Source: Scenedesmus sp. PABB004
Lineage: Eukaryota
Assembly: GCA_014905635.1 (NCBI GenBank)
Contig: JABVCE010000009.1
Span: 310,001-374,000 of the forward strand
DNA: 64,000 nt
Reading direction: 5' to 3'
Of the stretch, positions 40,999 to 52,502 are shown piece by piece. The notes under the pieces were generated by a model. That model saw nothing but the letters and a program-made list of their open reading frames with translations. It ran no database searches and was not told where the DNA came from. The stretch's first letter is position 1, and each line of letters opens with the position of its first letter. Both the position numbers and the translations under genes were made by a program.

Positions 40999-43900
40999 AT
41001 GCGCAAGAAGCTGGACCCCCGCATCCGCACGCTGGTGGAGAACTGCGTGGCGCTGCGGCAGCGCTCGCTGTTTGTCATCGTCGGCGACAAGGGCCGCGAC
41101 CAGGTGGTGAACCTGCACTACATGCTCAGCAAGGCCAGCGTGCGCGCGCGCCCGACCGTGCTCTGGTGCTACAAAAAGGACCTCACGCTCTCCAGGTGCG
41201 TGGGCGCGTGCGGCACGGCGGCGGCGCCGCTGCGTAGGGACGGCGCGCCGCGCCGCGGCGGCGGCGGCCCGGCCGGGCCTCGCGCGCGCAGGCGGCCCGG
41301 CCCGCCCGCGCCCGCCCGCGCCTGTGAACAGCCCGCGCCCGCCCCCGTTGCGTGCGCGCCCCCTCTGCTTGTGCGCGCAGCCACAAAAAGAAGCGCATGA
41401 AGCAGCTCAAGAAGATGGCGCAGCGCGGCCTGCTCGACCCGGAGAGCGAGGACCCGTTTGCGCTCTTTGTCGCGTCGACGTCCATCCGCTACTGCTACTA
41501 CAACGAGACGCAGAACATCCTCGGAAACACCTACGGCATGGCCGTGCTCCAGGCGCGCGCGCGCGGGGGCGGCCGGCGGCGGCGCGGCCCCGCCCGACAC
41601 CGCGCCGCGCCCGGCACCGCGCCCAGCAGCTGCCGCCGCGCCCGGCACCGCACCGCCGCGCCCGACCGACGCCGCCGCCGCCGCCACCTGAACCTGCTTG
41701 TAGGACTTTGAGGCGCTCACGCCCAACCTGCTCGCGCGGACGATTGAGACGGTCGAGGGCGGCGGCGCGGTCGTGCTGCTGCTGAGCAGCCTGCGCAGCC
41801 TCACGCAGCTCTACACGCTCAGCATGGACGTCCATGCGCGCCTGCGCACCGACGCGCACCAGACCGTCACGGGTGCGCGCGCGCGCCGCCGCACGCTGAG
41901 CCGCCGCCGCCGCCCGCGCCGCGCCGCCGCCGCAGCCGCCGCTCGCGCGCGCCGCCGGCCAGCGGCGGCCGCCGACGCGCGCTCCCTGCGCGTGCGCCGT
42001 CGCCGTCGCCGCGCGCGTGCACACGCCGCGCAGGGCGCTTCAACGAGCGCCTGGTGCTGAGCCTCGCGTCCAACCCGCACTGCCTCATCGTGGACGATGA
42101 GCTCAACGTGCTGCCCACCAGCTCCCTCATCAGGCGCGGCGCAACCTGGGCGCCCGTGTCGGGCGGGGCGGCGCCGGCGGCCCGGCGGGCAGGGCGGGCG
42201 GACGAGCTTGCTCGCGCTTGGGCGCCGCGCGCCGCCGAGCTGAGCCGCGCCGCGTGTTGTGTTGTGCCCGCAGGCACATCGCGCCGCTCGAGCGCACGCC
42301 CGAGGGCAAGCTCGCGCGCGACCCCTCCGCCGCGGGGCGCGCCGAGCTCGCCGACCTGCAGGCCAGCCTCGCTGACACGCAGCCCGCGGGCGCGCTGGTG
42401 CGCTCGGCAACCCCGCGGCGCCCGCGCCGGCCGACCCCGGCCGGCCGCCAGCTCCCTCCCTCGCGCGCGCGTCTCACCCCCTCCCTTCGTCCCTCCCTCG
42501 CCCGCCCACCCTCCCTCCCCCGCGGGCGCGCAGGTCGCGCGCTGCCGCACGCTGGATCAGGCGCACGCGCTCGTCACCTTCCTCGACGCCGCGAGCGAAA
42601 AGACGCTGCGCAGCACGCTCGCGCTCACGGCGAGCCGCGGCCGCGGCAAGTCGGCGGCGCTCGGCCTCGCGATCGCGGGTGCGTGCTGCGCGCCGCGCTG
42701 CGCCGCGCAGCGCCGCGCAGCGCAGCCTCGCCCCCCCCCCCCTCCTCCCCGCCGCGCGCCCCACACACAGCGCCCCCGCACGCCCGCCCGCCCTAAACCC
42801 CCGCGCCACCGCACCGCACCCCCCTCTGACGCAACCCCACAACCCGCAACCCAACCCGCACCCCCCCAACCCTGCACCCTGCACCAACCAACCAGGCGCG
42901 CTGTCGCTGGGCTACGCCAACATATTCGTGACGGCGCCGAGCCCTGAGAACCTGCGCACGCTGTTTGAGTTTGTGCTGAAGGGCCTCGACGCGGCGGGGT
43001 ACGCGGAGCACGTGGACTACGACCTCGTGGAGAGCACCAACCCCGACTGGGGCCGCGCGGTCGTGCGGCTCAACGTCTTCCGCGGCCACCGCCAGGCGCG
43101 CGCGGGCGCGCGGCGGGGCGCGCAGGCCGGGCCGCCCGCGGCGCGCCGCCGCCGCGATTTGCGCCCTGCGCGAGAGCCTCTCGCCCGCCACCCCCTTTTT
43201 CTGCCCCCACCCTCCTCCTCCTCCTCCTCCTCCTCCTCCTCCCCGCCCTCCTTCTCACCCTCCTCCTCCGCGCCCTCCTCCTCCCCCTCCTCCTCGCACG
43301 CGCACGCAACAACCGCCCGCAGACGGTGCAGTACATCCAGCCCCACCACGCGTCGGCGCTGGGGCAGGCGGAGCTGCTGGTCATCGACGAGGCCGCCGCG
43401 ATCCCGCTGCCGGCCGTCAAGGCGCTGCTGGGGCCGTACCTCGTCTTCCTCTGCTCCACCGTCAACGGCTACGAGGGCACTGGGCGCGCGCTGTCGCTCA
43501 AGCTCATCGCCCAGCTGCGCCAGCAGGCCGCCGGCGGCGGCGGCGGCGGCGGTGCCGGCGGCGCCGGCGCCGCCAGCGGCGTGCCCGGCGCGGGCGCCGC
43601 GCCCGGCGGCGGCGCGGTCGGGCGCACGTTCAGGGAGGTGACGCTCGACGAGCCGATCAGGTGCGCGGCGCGGCGCGGCGCGGCGCGGGCGACGGCCCGA
43701 GGCGGCGCGCGGGCGCCTGCCCGGCACGAGCACGCGCGCGCGTCGCGCGCCCACACCACACCACACACCCACGCCGCGCGCCGCGCGCCGCGCGCGCGCG
43801 CAGGTACGCGCGCGGCGACCCGGTCGAGTCGTGGCTGCACGGGCTGCTCTGCCTCGACGCCGCGGCGCACCTGCCGCGCCCGCCGGCCAAGCTGCCGCAC

Positions 43901-46813
43901 CCGGGCGCGTGCGAGGTGTACGCGGTCGAGCGCGACACACTGTTCAGCTTCCACAAGGCCTCCGAGGCCTTCCTGCAGCGGGTGCGCCCGCACGGCGCGG
44001 CAGCGCCGCGCGGCAGCCCGCGCCGCGCGCGCGGCGCGTCGGGCGCGGACGCGTTCACACGACCGGCCGGGGGCGCCGACGTCCGCCCGTGCGCAGGTGA
44101 TGGCGCTGCTCGTCGCGAGCCACTACAAGAACACGCCCAATGACCTGCTGCTGCTCGCCGACGCGCCGGCGCACCAGCTGTACGTGCTGCTCGGCCCCGT
44201 GGACGAGTCGCGCAACGAGCTGCCCGACGTGCTCGCCGTGGTGCAGGTGCGCGGGGGTTCGGGGTCGCCCCAGGATTCAGGGTGTTTATTACACCGGGGC
44301 TGAGGGTTGAGAGTGCGCCTGGCCACGGCTGGCCGCGCGCAATCGCACGTGCGCGGATATCCACTCGCTGGCCCCAACCCATTGGGCCCTCCGGGTCTAC
44401 GATCCGCGCCAGAGCACGGCGCCGCCTTGCGGTTGCGGCGCGACCCCCCCATGAGCGTCGCATGATTCTGGCGGCCACATCGCACGCGCAGCTGCCCCCG
44501 CCCTCCCCGCTCGCGCGCCGCACGCTCCGCCGCTCCCTGCCGCGCTCACGCTCCGCCCCTCCCACGCTCCGCCCCTCTCACGCGCCGCCCGCGCGTCCCC
44601 TGCCGGCGCACCGCCAGGTCGCGCTGGAGGGCGCGATCAACGCCAAGGTCGCCGCGAGCAGCCTCGCGCGCGGCGAGCTGCCGCAGGGCGACCTCATCCC
44701 CTGGACCATCGGACAGCAGTTCCAGGCGCGCCGCGCCGCCGCGCCTCGCCGCGCAACGCGCGCCGCGCCGGGCGCGTCGCGCTGCCGGTCCGCGCGCCTC
44801 ACCCCTCAACGCCGCCGCCGCTGCCGCAGGACCCGGACTTCCCGTCGCTCTCGGGCGCGCGCATCGTGCGTATCGCGGTGCACCCGGAGCTCTCGGGTGA
44901 GCGCCCGGCGGCGGCGCCCCCCGCCCTGCCGCCCCGCCGCCACCCGGCCCGCGCGGCTGACCCCCTCCGCTGCGTCGCCCCGCGCGGCGCGCAGGCGCCG
45001 GGTACGGCAGCCGCGCCGTGGAGCAGCTGAAGCGTTACTTCCAGGGCGAGCTGCTGGGCCTCGGCGAGGACCTGGCCGACGACGAGCAGGAGCAGGAGCA
45101 GGAGCAGCAGCAGCAGCAGCGCGGCGGCGCCGCCGGCGCAGACGGCGGCGCGTCGCTGCTGCTGAGCGAGCAGGTCAAGCCGCGCGCGGGGCTGCCGCCG
45201 CTGATGGTCAACCTGGCGGAGCGGTGCGGCGCGGCGCGGCGCGGCGCGGTGGCCGCGCCCGCGCCCGTGCCCGCGCTGCGCAGCGCCCTGACCGCCCCGC
45301 GCGCCCGCGCGCGCGCGGCGCTGCGCGCAGGAAGCCCACGCGGCTGCACTACCTGGGCGTGTCGTTCGGGCTGACGCAGCAGCTGTTCAACTTCTGGCAG
45401 CGCGCGGGGTGCGCGCCTGTCGCTGCGCCGCCGGCCGCGGCCGGGCGGCGCCGCGCGTCAGCACTCGGGCCCACCGCCCGCCGCCCGCCGCGCACCGCCG
45501 CCGCCCCGCCGCCCCGCCGCCCCTCCCCCGCCGCTGTGCAGGTACGAGCCGCTGTACGTCCGGCAGTCGGCCTCGGACGTCACGGGCGAGCACACGTGCG
45601 TCATGCTGCAGGCGCTGTCACACCCCGAGGTCGCGGGCACGGCGTGGCTGTCGCCGTTTGTCGCTGACTTCAAGGCCCGCTTCATGTCGCTGCTCGGCGG
45701 CGCGCTGCGCGGCCTGGCGCCCGCGCTCGCGCTGAGCATCCTCAACCCGCGCCTCGGCTTCAGCGAGGCCGAGGCGTCCGCGGGCGTCGCGGCGGGCGCC
45801 GCCGCGACGCGCGGCGACGGGCGGGCGCTCAGCCCGTACGACCTCAAGCGCCTGCAGGTGCGCGCGCGCGCGCGCCTCTCGCCGCCACGCGCGCACACAC
45901 TCCACCCACGCTCACACACCTTGCACTCAAGTTCAAATCAAATTCAAAGCGCAAATGCCCATGTTCAAACCCATTCAAACCTCCCCGCCAGGCGTACGCG
46001 TCCAACCTGGTCGACTACCACCTCATCCTCGACCTCCTGCCCAGCCTCGCGGCGCTGCACCTCTCGGGCCAGCTCCCCGCGAGCCTCAGCTACGGCCAGG
46101 CCGCGATCCTGCTCTGCCTCGGCCTGCAGCGCCGCGAGGTGTCCGACGTCGAGCGCGCGCTCGGCCTTCCGGCCAACCAGGTCCTCGCGCTGTTCAACAA
46201 GGCCGTGCGCAAGCTGCACGGCCACCTGCGCGCCGCCAAGGAGGCGGCGGTCGAGCGGTCGCTGCCGCGCCCCGCGCGCGCGCCCGCCGCGCCGACGGCG
46301 GCCGCCGCGGCCGGCGGCGGTGCGGCGCCGCTGCTCGGCGAGGGCGTCGAGGTGGGGCTCGACGAGGAGATGGAGGCCGCGGCCGCGGCAGAGCGCGAGA
46401 AGATGCGCGCCGCGTTTGACCCGGACGAGCTCGCGCAGTACGCCATCACAGGTGCGCCGGCGCGCCGCGCGCGCGCCCTGCAAGCGCCGCAGGCGCGCGC
46501 CGCCGCGCCGGCCGTGCACGCGCGGCGGCCGACGCGCGCGCCGCGGCCGACGCGCGCGCCGCGGCCGCCGCGCGCCTCAGGCGGGGACGAGGAGTTTGCG
46601 GCGGCCGCGGGCGGCGCCGCGCCCGCGAGCGGAGGGATGGTCAGCATCAAGAGCGCCGGCGGCGCCAAGCCCGGCAAGGCCGCCCGCGGCGGGGGCGACG
46701 GCGACAGCGGCGGCAGTGCCAAGAAGGACGCCAGCGCCAAGAAGGGCGGCGGCAAGCAGGGGCACGGCGGCGGCGGCGGCGGCGGCTCGGCGAAGAAGCA
46801 CCGGGCCAAGTGA
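40999..46813 (+). CDS. NAT10: RNA cytidine acetyltransferase NAT10/Kre33
   Basis: MRKKLDPRIRTLVENCV...GDKGRDQVVNLHYML; LQ|DFEALTPNLLARTIETVEGGG; TASRGRGKSAALG; TAPSPENL; IDEAAAIPLP; STVNGYEGTGRALSLKL; SHYKNTPNDL; GDLIPWTI; RIAVHPEL; YLGVSFGLT. Confidence 0.97.
43211..43294. repeat. (CCT)n-rich microsatellite in a NAT10 intron
   Basis: About 10 perfect CCT units followed by degenerate copies. Confidence 0.85.
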
Positions 46814-47096
46814 CCGCGCGTGCGGGCGTGGTGAGTGCGGCCGCCGCGGTGGCGGCTGCGGCGGCGGAGTGAGCTCACCTCGCGCACGCATCGCGCACGC
46901 GGTGCGTGCGCGACGTCGGCGGCAACGCCAGGGCTCAGCGGTGGACCCGCGCCGCAGCGCCGCCGCGCTGCCTCGCCGGCCCTGGCCTGAGCCGCTCAGC
47001 CGCAAGCGGTCAGCTCTCAACGTGAAGGCCCAGCCCCGCTCAGCGGTCAGCGCCGCGCCGCCGCCGCGCTGCGCCGCTGCCGCTGCCGCGCCGCAC

Positions 47097-48730
47097 ATGC
47101 TTCAGCGCTGCCCGTGTGCCCGCCGGCCAGAGGCGCTCAGCGGCTCCCAGCGCGCCCGCCCCGCGCCCGTGCGGCCGCGGCCGGCGGCGCGCGGGGCCGG
47201 CGGGGGGCCGCCGCTCGCCGCTGCGCAAGCGCTCGGCAAGGAGGAGCTCTCACGGCTGCTCGCGGACTCCTGGCTGAGGCCGCAGTTTGATGACGAGCCG
47301 TACTCCGACGAGCACGTGCGCCGCTCGCTGCTGCGGCGGCCGGCAGCGGCTAGCGCGGCGACAGTGGCGATGCCGGGGCCACCGGTCCGCTTTGCGCGCC
47401 GCGGCAGCGAGCGGCGCAGCTGGCCCGCCTCCCACCGCACGCACCACGCTGCCCACGCGTGGCGGCCCACGCGCGTGCGTCGCCACGGCGGCCGCAGGTG
47501 ACGGAGCTGGTCGAGGCCGCGGCGGGGCTCATCAGCGTGATTGATGACCTGCGCCCCCTCGACCCGAGCACCTTCAACGCGGCCTTCGAGATCTGGCGCG
47601 CCGTCGCGGCCGTGCCGCCCGCGGACCGGTGCGCGCGCGCGCGCGCGCGCGGCCGGCGCGGCGCGGCGCTGGCCGCACCCGCTGCCCCGGCGCGGCGCCG
47701 CCCGCCCCATCCGTCCCGCGCCGCCGCCACACGCGCGCGTCGCAGCGTGCGCATCCTGGACGAGCTCGAGCCCGGCGCGCTGTCGAGCCTGTGGCGCGCG
47801 AGCGTGTCGCGCTACGTGCTCGACGAGGCCCGCTCAGAGCAGCTCTTCGCCGACTATTTCATCTGGCAGGACTTCCCCAGCCAGCCGGGCGAGGTCCGCG
47901 CGCGTGGGCGGGCGCAGCAGCGAGCGCGGCGCGCGCGGCGGGCCGCCCGGCATGCGCCGCGGCCGCCGCGCCGCGCCGCGCGCACCTGACCCGCCCCGCC
48001 TCGGCCGCGCACCCGCCCGCCCGCCGCCCCCGCCGGGCGTTCACGCCAGGTGTTCACGTACGAGGGCGTGTGCGAGCAGGTCTACTACGAGCGCCCCACC
48101 GCGCCGCTCGGCGCGGACCGCGGCGCGCGGGGGCGCGCGCCGCGGCAGACGGCCTGGCTCAAGGCGGGGCCGCGCTCGCTGGCCACGCCCCAGGACCGCT
48201 TCAGGCAGGAGTTCTTCGTAGCCAACCGCACGGGTGCGCGCCGGCGGGTGCAGGAGCGGCGGCGCCGCGCCGCGCCGCGCCGTGCTGATGCCGCCCACCG
48301 CCGCCGCCGCCGCCGCCGCCGCCGCGCGCCAGGCCTGCTGCACAGCCGCGTGCTGCTGGAGCCGCCCGCGCTGCTGCGCTGGCTGCGCTGGCTCGCGCCG
48401 CCGGTGTACTGCCGCGTCGAGATCGGGGTCACTCTCACGCCCAGCCAGGCCGACGCGGGCGCCGACGCGACGCTCACGTACCCGGCCGACCCGGCGCTGC
48501 TGCGCGCGGCGCAGGCAGCGGGCGTCGCGCTCGGGCGCGAGGACCTGCCCTCGCGCCTCTGGCCCGCACCGCGGCGCGACGCGGCGTGGTCGCCGCTGAG
48601 CTTTGGCGCGCGCGACTACCTGCGCGCGGTGGGGCCGGGGCTGTTTGTCGGCTGCGCGTACCGGCGCGGCGCTGACGGTGAGATGCTGGACGAGGAGCAC
48701 GTCTATTTTGCGCTCGCGCGCCGGCTGTGA
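47097..48730 (+). CDS. Unknown protein with plastid-transit-like N-terminus, about 5 exons
   Basis: Coding-like exons joined by GT-AG introns (LGKEELSRLLADSWLRPQFDDEPYSDEH|VTELVEAAAG...; VFTYEGVCEQVYYE; ARDYLRAVGPGLFVGCAY; EHVYFALARRL*); family not recognised. Confidence 0.7.
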
Positions 48731-48914
48731 CGCAGCGCAGAGCCGCGGGGTTCAGGGTTTAGGCTCCGCCGCGCGTGACCCGGCTGGCTGTGCGCGCGCA
48801 CGCGCGCGCACCTGTGACCGAAAAAGAGCGCGCGTGCGGCCGGCAGGCTCCTGCGAGCGGCGCCAGCGGGGCGCGGGGGCAGGGCGGCCTCCGGCCCGTG
48901 TGGCGCTGGCCCGA

Positions 48915-48981
48915 CGCGGCGTCGGCGTCCTCGCTGTCGCAGAGGTCGACCACCTCAGGCTCGGCGGGGGCGGGGCGGCAT
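48915..48981 (-). pseudogene. 5' stub of the SNF2/RING helicase gene (copy of its first ~23 codons, frameshifted)
   Basis: ATG at 48981 followed by the EPEVVDLCDSEDADAA-coding sequence also found at 53221-53268; two C residues missing from the C-runs relative to 53200-53220. Confidence 0.8.
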
Positions 48982-49720
48982 CCTGCTGCGCCCGCGCGCC
49001 CACCCGCGCGCGCCCGCGGCCGCCTGGGCGGTCGCCCCCGCGCCTCGCGGGCGCCTCACGCGCGTGGCGGGGCCGGGGGCGCGCCTGGCGGGGATTGGGC
49101 GAGGGGTGTGCTGCGCTGTGCTGCGGGGGCCGGGTGGCGCGCGCGAGGCCGGCGCGCCGCGCGGAGCGAGCGCGGGTGTGGCGCGGGGCGGCGGCTGCGC
49201 AGACCAGCCGCGCGGCGGCGCAGCGCGCGTGGTTTAACGAGCCGCGCCGTCTGTGCTGCTGCCGGCGGCGTCGGCGCGGCGGGGGGCCGGCGGGGCTCAG
49301 GCCCCATGCGGAGCTGTGGCCTGACGCCGGCACCACCGTGTCCGCCGGCGTGCGCGCGGCCGTGTGGCGCGCTCGGCGGCGGGCGCGGAGCGCGCGGCGG
49401 CGGCGGCGCCCGCGCCCGCGCCCGCGGTCGCGCCGCGCTGCTCCCGTGGGCGCTGCGCGCGGCCGCAGCTGGGTTTCCGTCGCTGGCACGCCGCCCGCTC
49501 GGCTGCCCGCGCCGGCCGCGCCGCGCCAGGCGCGGCGCGCGCCGCCTGCCCTGGCCTCTCCCCGGCGCGACGCACCGTTCCCGAGCCCCGCCGCGCCCAA
49601 CCGAGGCCAGCGCCGTCGCCTGGCAGGGGCCGCCGGCCGGGTGCAGCAGCGGGGTGCGCCATGGATCGCGACAAGCTCATGAAGATGGCCTCGGCCGTGC
49701 GCACCGGCGGCAAGGGCACC
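48915..49720 (+). repeat. Left arm of ~810-bp inverted duplication (partner 52443-53268)
   Basis: Reverse complement of 52443-53268, with small indels and one diverged patch near 49296-49350. Confidence 0.95.
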
Positions 49721-50866
49721 ATGCGCAGGCGCGGCGGCGCGGGCAGCGGTGGGCGGCTGATCCCATGGGCGCGCCGCGGCGCGCGCTGAGCGGGCGGCGG
49801 CGCCGGTGGGCGCAGGAAGAAGAAGGCGGTTCACAAGACCACCTCCACCGACGACAAGCGGCTGCAGAGCACGCTGAAGCGCCTAGGCGTGAACACCATC
49901 CCCGGCATTGAGGAGGTGAACATCGTCAAGGACGACTCCATCATCCACTTCTCCAACCCCAAGGGTGAGCCCTGCGCCCCGGGAGCGCCACGCGCCCGCC
50001 CCGGCGCGCACCGCGGCCGCCGGGGGCGCCAAACGGCCGCGGCCGCCGCCGCCACTGCTCGCCCGTGCCGCGCAGTGCAAGCCTCCATCGCGGCCAACAC
50101 CTACGTGGTCAGCGGCACGCCCACCACCAAGAGCCTGGCGGGTGCGGCGCGCGCGGCGCTGGCGCGGCCGCGGGAGCGGCGGCAGCGCTGGGACAACAGC
50201 AGCGCGCCAGCATCTCGCGCGCGCGAGTGCCGGCGGCGCGCCGCCGCCGCCGCCCGCCACGGCCCCAGCAGCTTCCGCGGGCCCAGCAGCTGCCGCGGCC
50301 CCAGCAGCTGCCGCGGGCCCAGCGCCGGCGGCCGCCGCGCCCGGCCGGAGCAGCAGCCGCCGCCCCCGGGCGCCCGCCCGGCCCACGCGCGCCGCCCCCG
50401 CCGCCAGACATGCCGGACCTGCTGGGCGGCATGGGCGGCTTCAACCCGGCCATGCTCAACCAGATGGACCCTGCCAGCCTGGCGCAGCTGCAGAAGATGA
50501 TGGCCGCACAGGTGCGGGTGGCGCGGCGGCGGCGGTGGCGGCGGCGCGCGGCCGGCGGCGGCCGCGCGCGGCGCCGGCGCCGACGCGCCGCCGCCGCGAC
50601 CGGGACCGCAGATGGCCAGCCAGGGCGGCATGCCCGCCGGCGCGGGCGGCGACGACGAGGACGACGGTGCGTGCGCGGCCGGCGGGCTGGCGCGGGCACG
50701 CTGGATCGCGGCATGCTCGAGCCGCGCACGCGGCATGGCCGTGCCGCCTTCCCCTGCGCGCCGCGCCTGCGCGTCCGCGCGCCCGCGCGGGCTCACCCGC
50801 GGCCGCCGCCCCGCTGCCGCAGACGTGCCGGACCTGGTCGAGAATTTTGACGCCGAGGCCAAGTAA
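49661..50866 (+). CDS. BTF3: Nascent polypeptide-associated complex beta subunit / BTF3
   Basis: [59 protein letters not shown]...[34 protein letters not shown]. Confidence 0.96.
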
Positions 50867-51331
50867 GGCGGCAGCAGCGGCAGCAGCGGCAGCAGCAGCT
50901 GCGGCTGAAGCGTCAGCAGCAGCTGGAGCACCCGGCGGGCGGCCGCTGCGAGCGGCAGCAGCGCGGCGCCGGTGCGGCAGGGGCCGCGCGCGCGCGGGTG
51001 CTCGCGCGCCCGCGCACCGCGGCGCGGGCGCAAGCGCTTGTGCATACCGGGGGCAGGGAGGGCGGGGCGGAGGGCGGGCGGGCGCAGGCACGCAGCCGCG
51101 CATGTACAGACGGCGCGAGCTGTTGCGGTGGCGGGTGACACTTTCCACAGACCCCGTCGCGCGCGGCAGCCGGCCGGGCGCGCCGACCGTGTCACGAGCG
51201 CGCGCGCACAAGCGCCGTCGCACAGCACCGCCGCCGTCGGCACTCGCCAGCGCCGCCGCACCACCACTGCCAGCACGCATCCGCCAGCCGGCGCCGCTCG
51301 TCACCGCTGGGTGCGCACACACCACCTGCCG

Positions 51332-52381
51332 ATGGTGCTCCTCGCTGCGCTGCTGCCACGCGGCGGCGGCGCGTCCCTGACAAGCCTGGCGAGGTGCGCG
51401 CATGGCGGTGCCGCGCGGGCGACTGCTCGGCGCGCTGGCGCGCAGGGCCGCGGCCATCACCCCGGAGCAGCAGCGCCCCAGCCGCGCAAACGCCGCGCCT
51501 GGGGCCGAGCCTGCTGCACCGTCTCACCCGCGCGCCCCTTGCGCGCCCTCAGGATGGCCGCCGGGTCGCGGGGCTTCGCCGCGGCGGCAGGCGGCAGCGG
51601 CAGCGCCGCGACCGGCGGCAGCGCCGCAGCGGCAGCGGAGCAGCAGCAGCAGCAGGCGGCCTACAGCGGGCCGCCCAAGCTGGTCGTCTTCGGCGGCCGC
51701 GGCTTTGTCGGCAGCGCGGTGTGCAAGGAGGCGCTGCGCACGGGGCTGCACGTGGTCAGCATCAGCCCGTCGGGCACGCCGCCGACGGGCCGCGAGCCGT
51801 GGACGCGCGACGTAGAGTGGCTGCGCGGCAACGCGCTCGAGCCCGCGACCTATGCCGACGCGCTGCCGGGCGCGCTCGGCGCGGTCTCGTGCGTCGGCGC
51901 GTTTGGCAGCCAGGCGCACATGGAGCGCGTCAACGGCGCGGCCAACGCCGCCGCGATCGCGACGGCGCGCGCCGCGGGCGTCCCGCGCTTCGTGTACGTC
52001 TCCGCGCACCTTCCCAACGTCCCGGGCCTCGACGCGCTCGCGGGCGGCTACGTGCGCGGCAAGGCGCAGGCCGAGGAGGAGCTGCGCCGCAGCTACGGCG
52101 CGTCCGGCGTCGCGCTGCGGCCGTGGGTCGTGTACGGCGACCGCGTGGTCAACTCGGCGATCACGCTGCCGCTGGGCCTGCTGTTCGGGCCGCTCGAGTA
52201 CGCGCTGGCGCGCCTGCCCAACGCGCGGCAGCTCGCGGCGCTGCCGGTCGTGGGCGCGGGCTTCGTGCCGCCCGTCGCGGTTGAGCAGCTCGCGCGCGTC
52301 GCCGTCGCGGCGGCGACCGACCCCGCCGTGCCGGGCGGCGTGCTCGACCCCTGGGCCATCGCTGCGTGGAGCGGCGCGTGA
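51332..52381 (+). CDS. NAD(P)-binding Rossmann-fold protein (atypical SDR / NAD-dependent epimerase family, Coq11-like), probably organelle-targeted
   Basis: KLVVFGGRGFVGSAVC; AVSCVGAFG; MERVNGAAN; RFVYVSA; GYVRGKAQAE; LRPWVVYG; PPVAVEQLA. Confidence 0.88.
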   Translation: MVLLAALLPRGGGASLTSLARCAHGGAARATARRAGAQGRGHHPGAAAPQPRKRRAWGRACCTVSPARPLRALRMAAGSRGFAAAAGGSGSAATGGSAAAAAEQQQQQAAYSGPPKLVVFGGRGFVGSAVCKEALRTGLHVVSISPSGTPPTGREPWTRDVEWLRGNALEPATYADALPGALGAVSCVGAFGSQAHMERVNGAANAAAIATARAAGVPRFVYVSAHLPNVPGLDALAGGYVRGKAQAEEELRRSYGASGVALRPWVVYGDRVVNSAITLPLGLLFGPLEYALARLPNARQLAALPVVGAGFVPPVAVEQLARVAVAAATDPAVPGGVLDPWAIAAWSGA

Positions 52382-52442
52382 GCGGCGCGCCCCGCGCGGC
52401 CCCCTGCGTGACACCTGCCAGGCGACGGCGCTCGGTCGGGCG

Positions 52443-52502
52443 GGTGCCCTTGCCGCCGGTGCGCACGGCCGAGGCCATCTTCATGAGCTTGTCGCGATCC
52501 AT
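52443..52502 (-). pseudogene. 5' stub of BTF3 (first 20 codons)
   Basis: Encodes [20 protein letters not shown], identical to 49661-49720, then breaks off. Confidence 0.85.
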
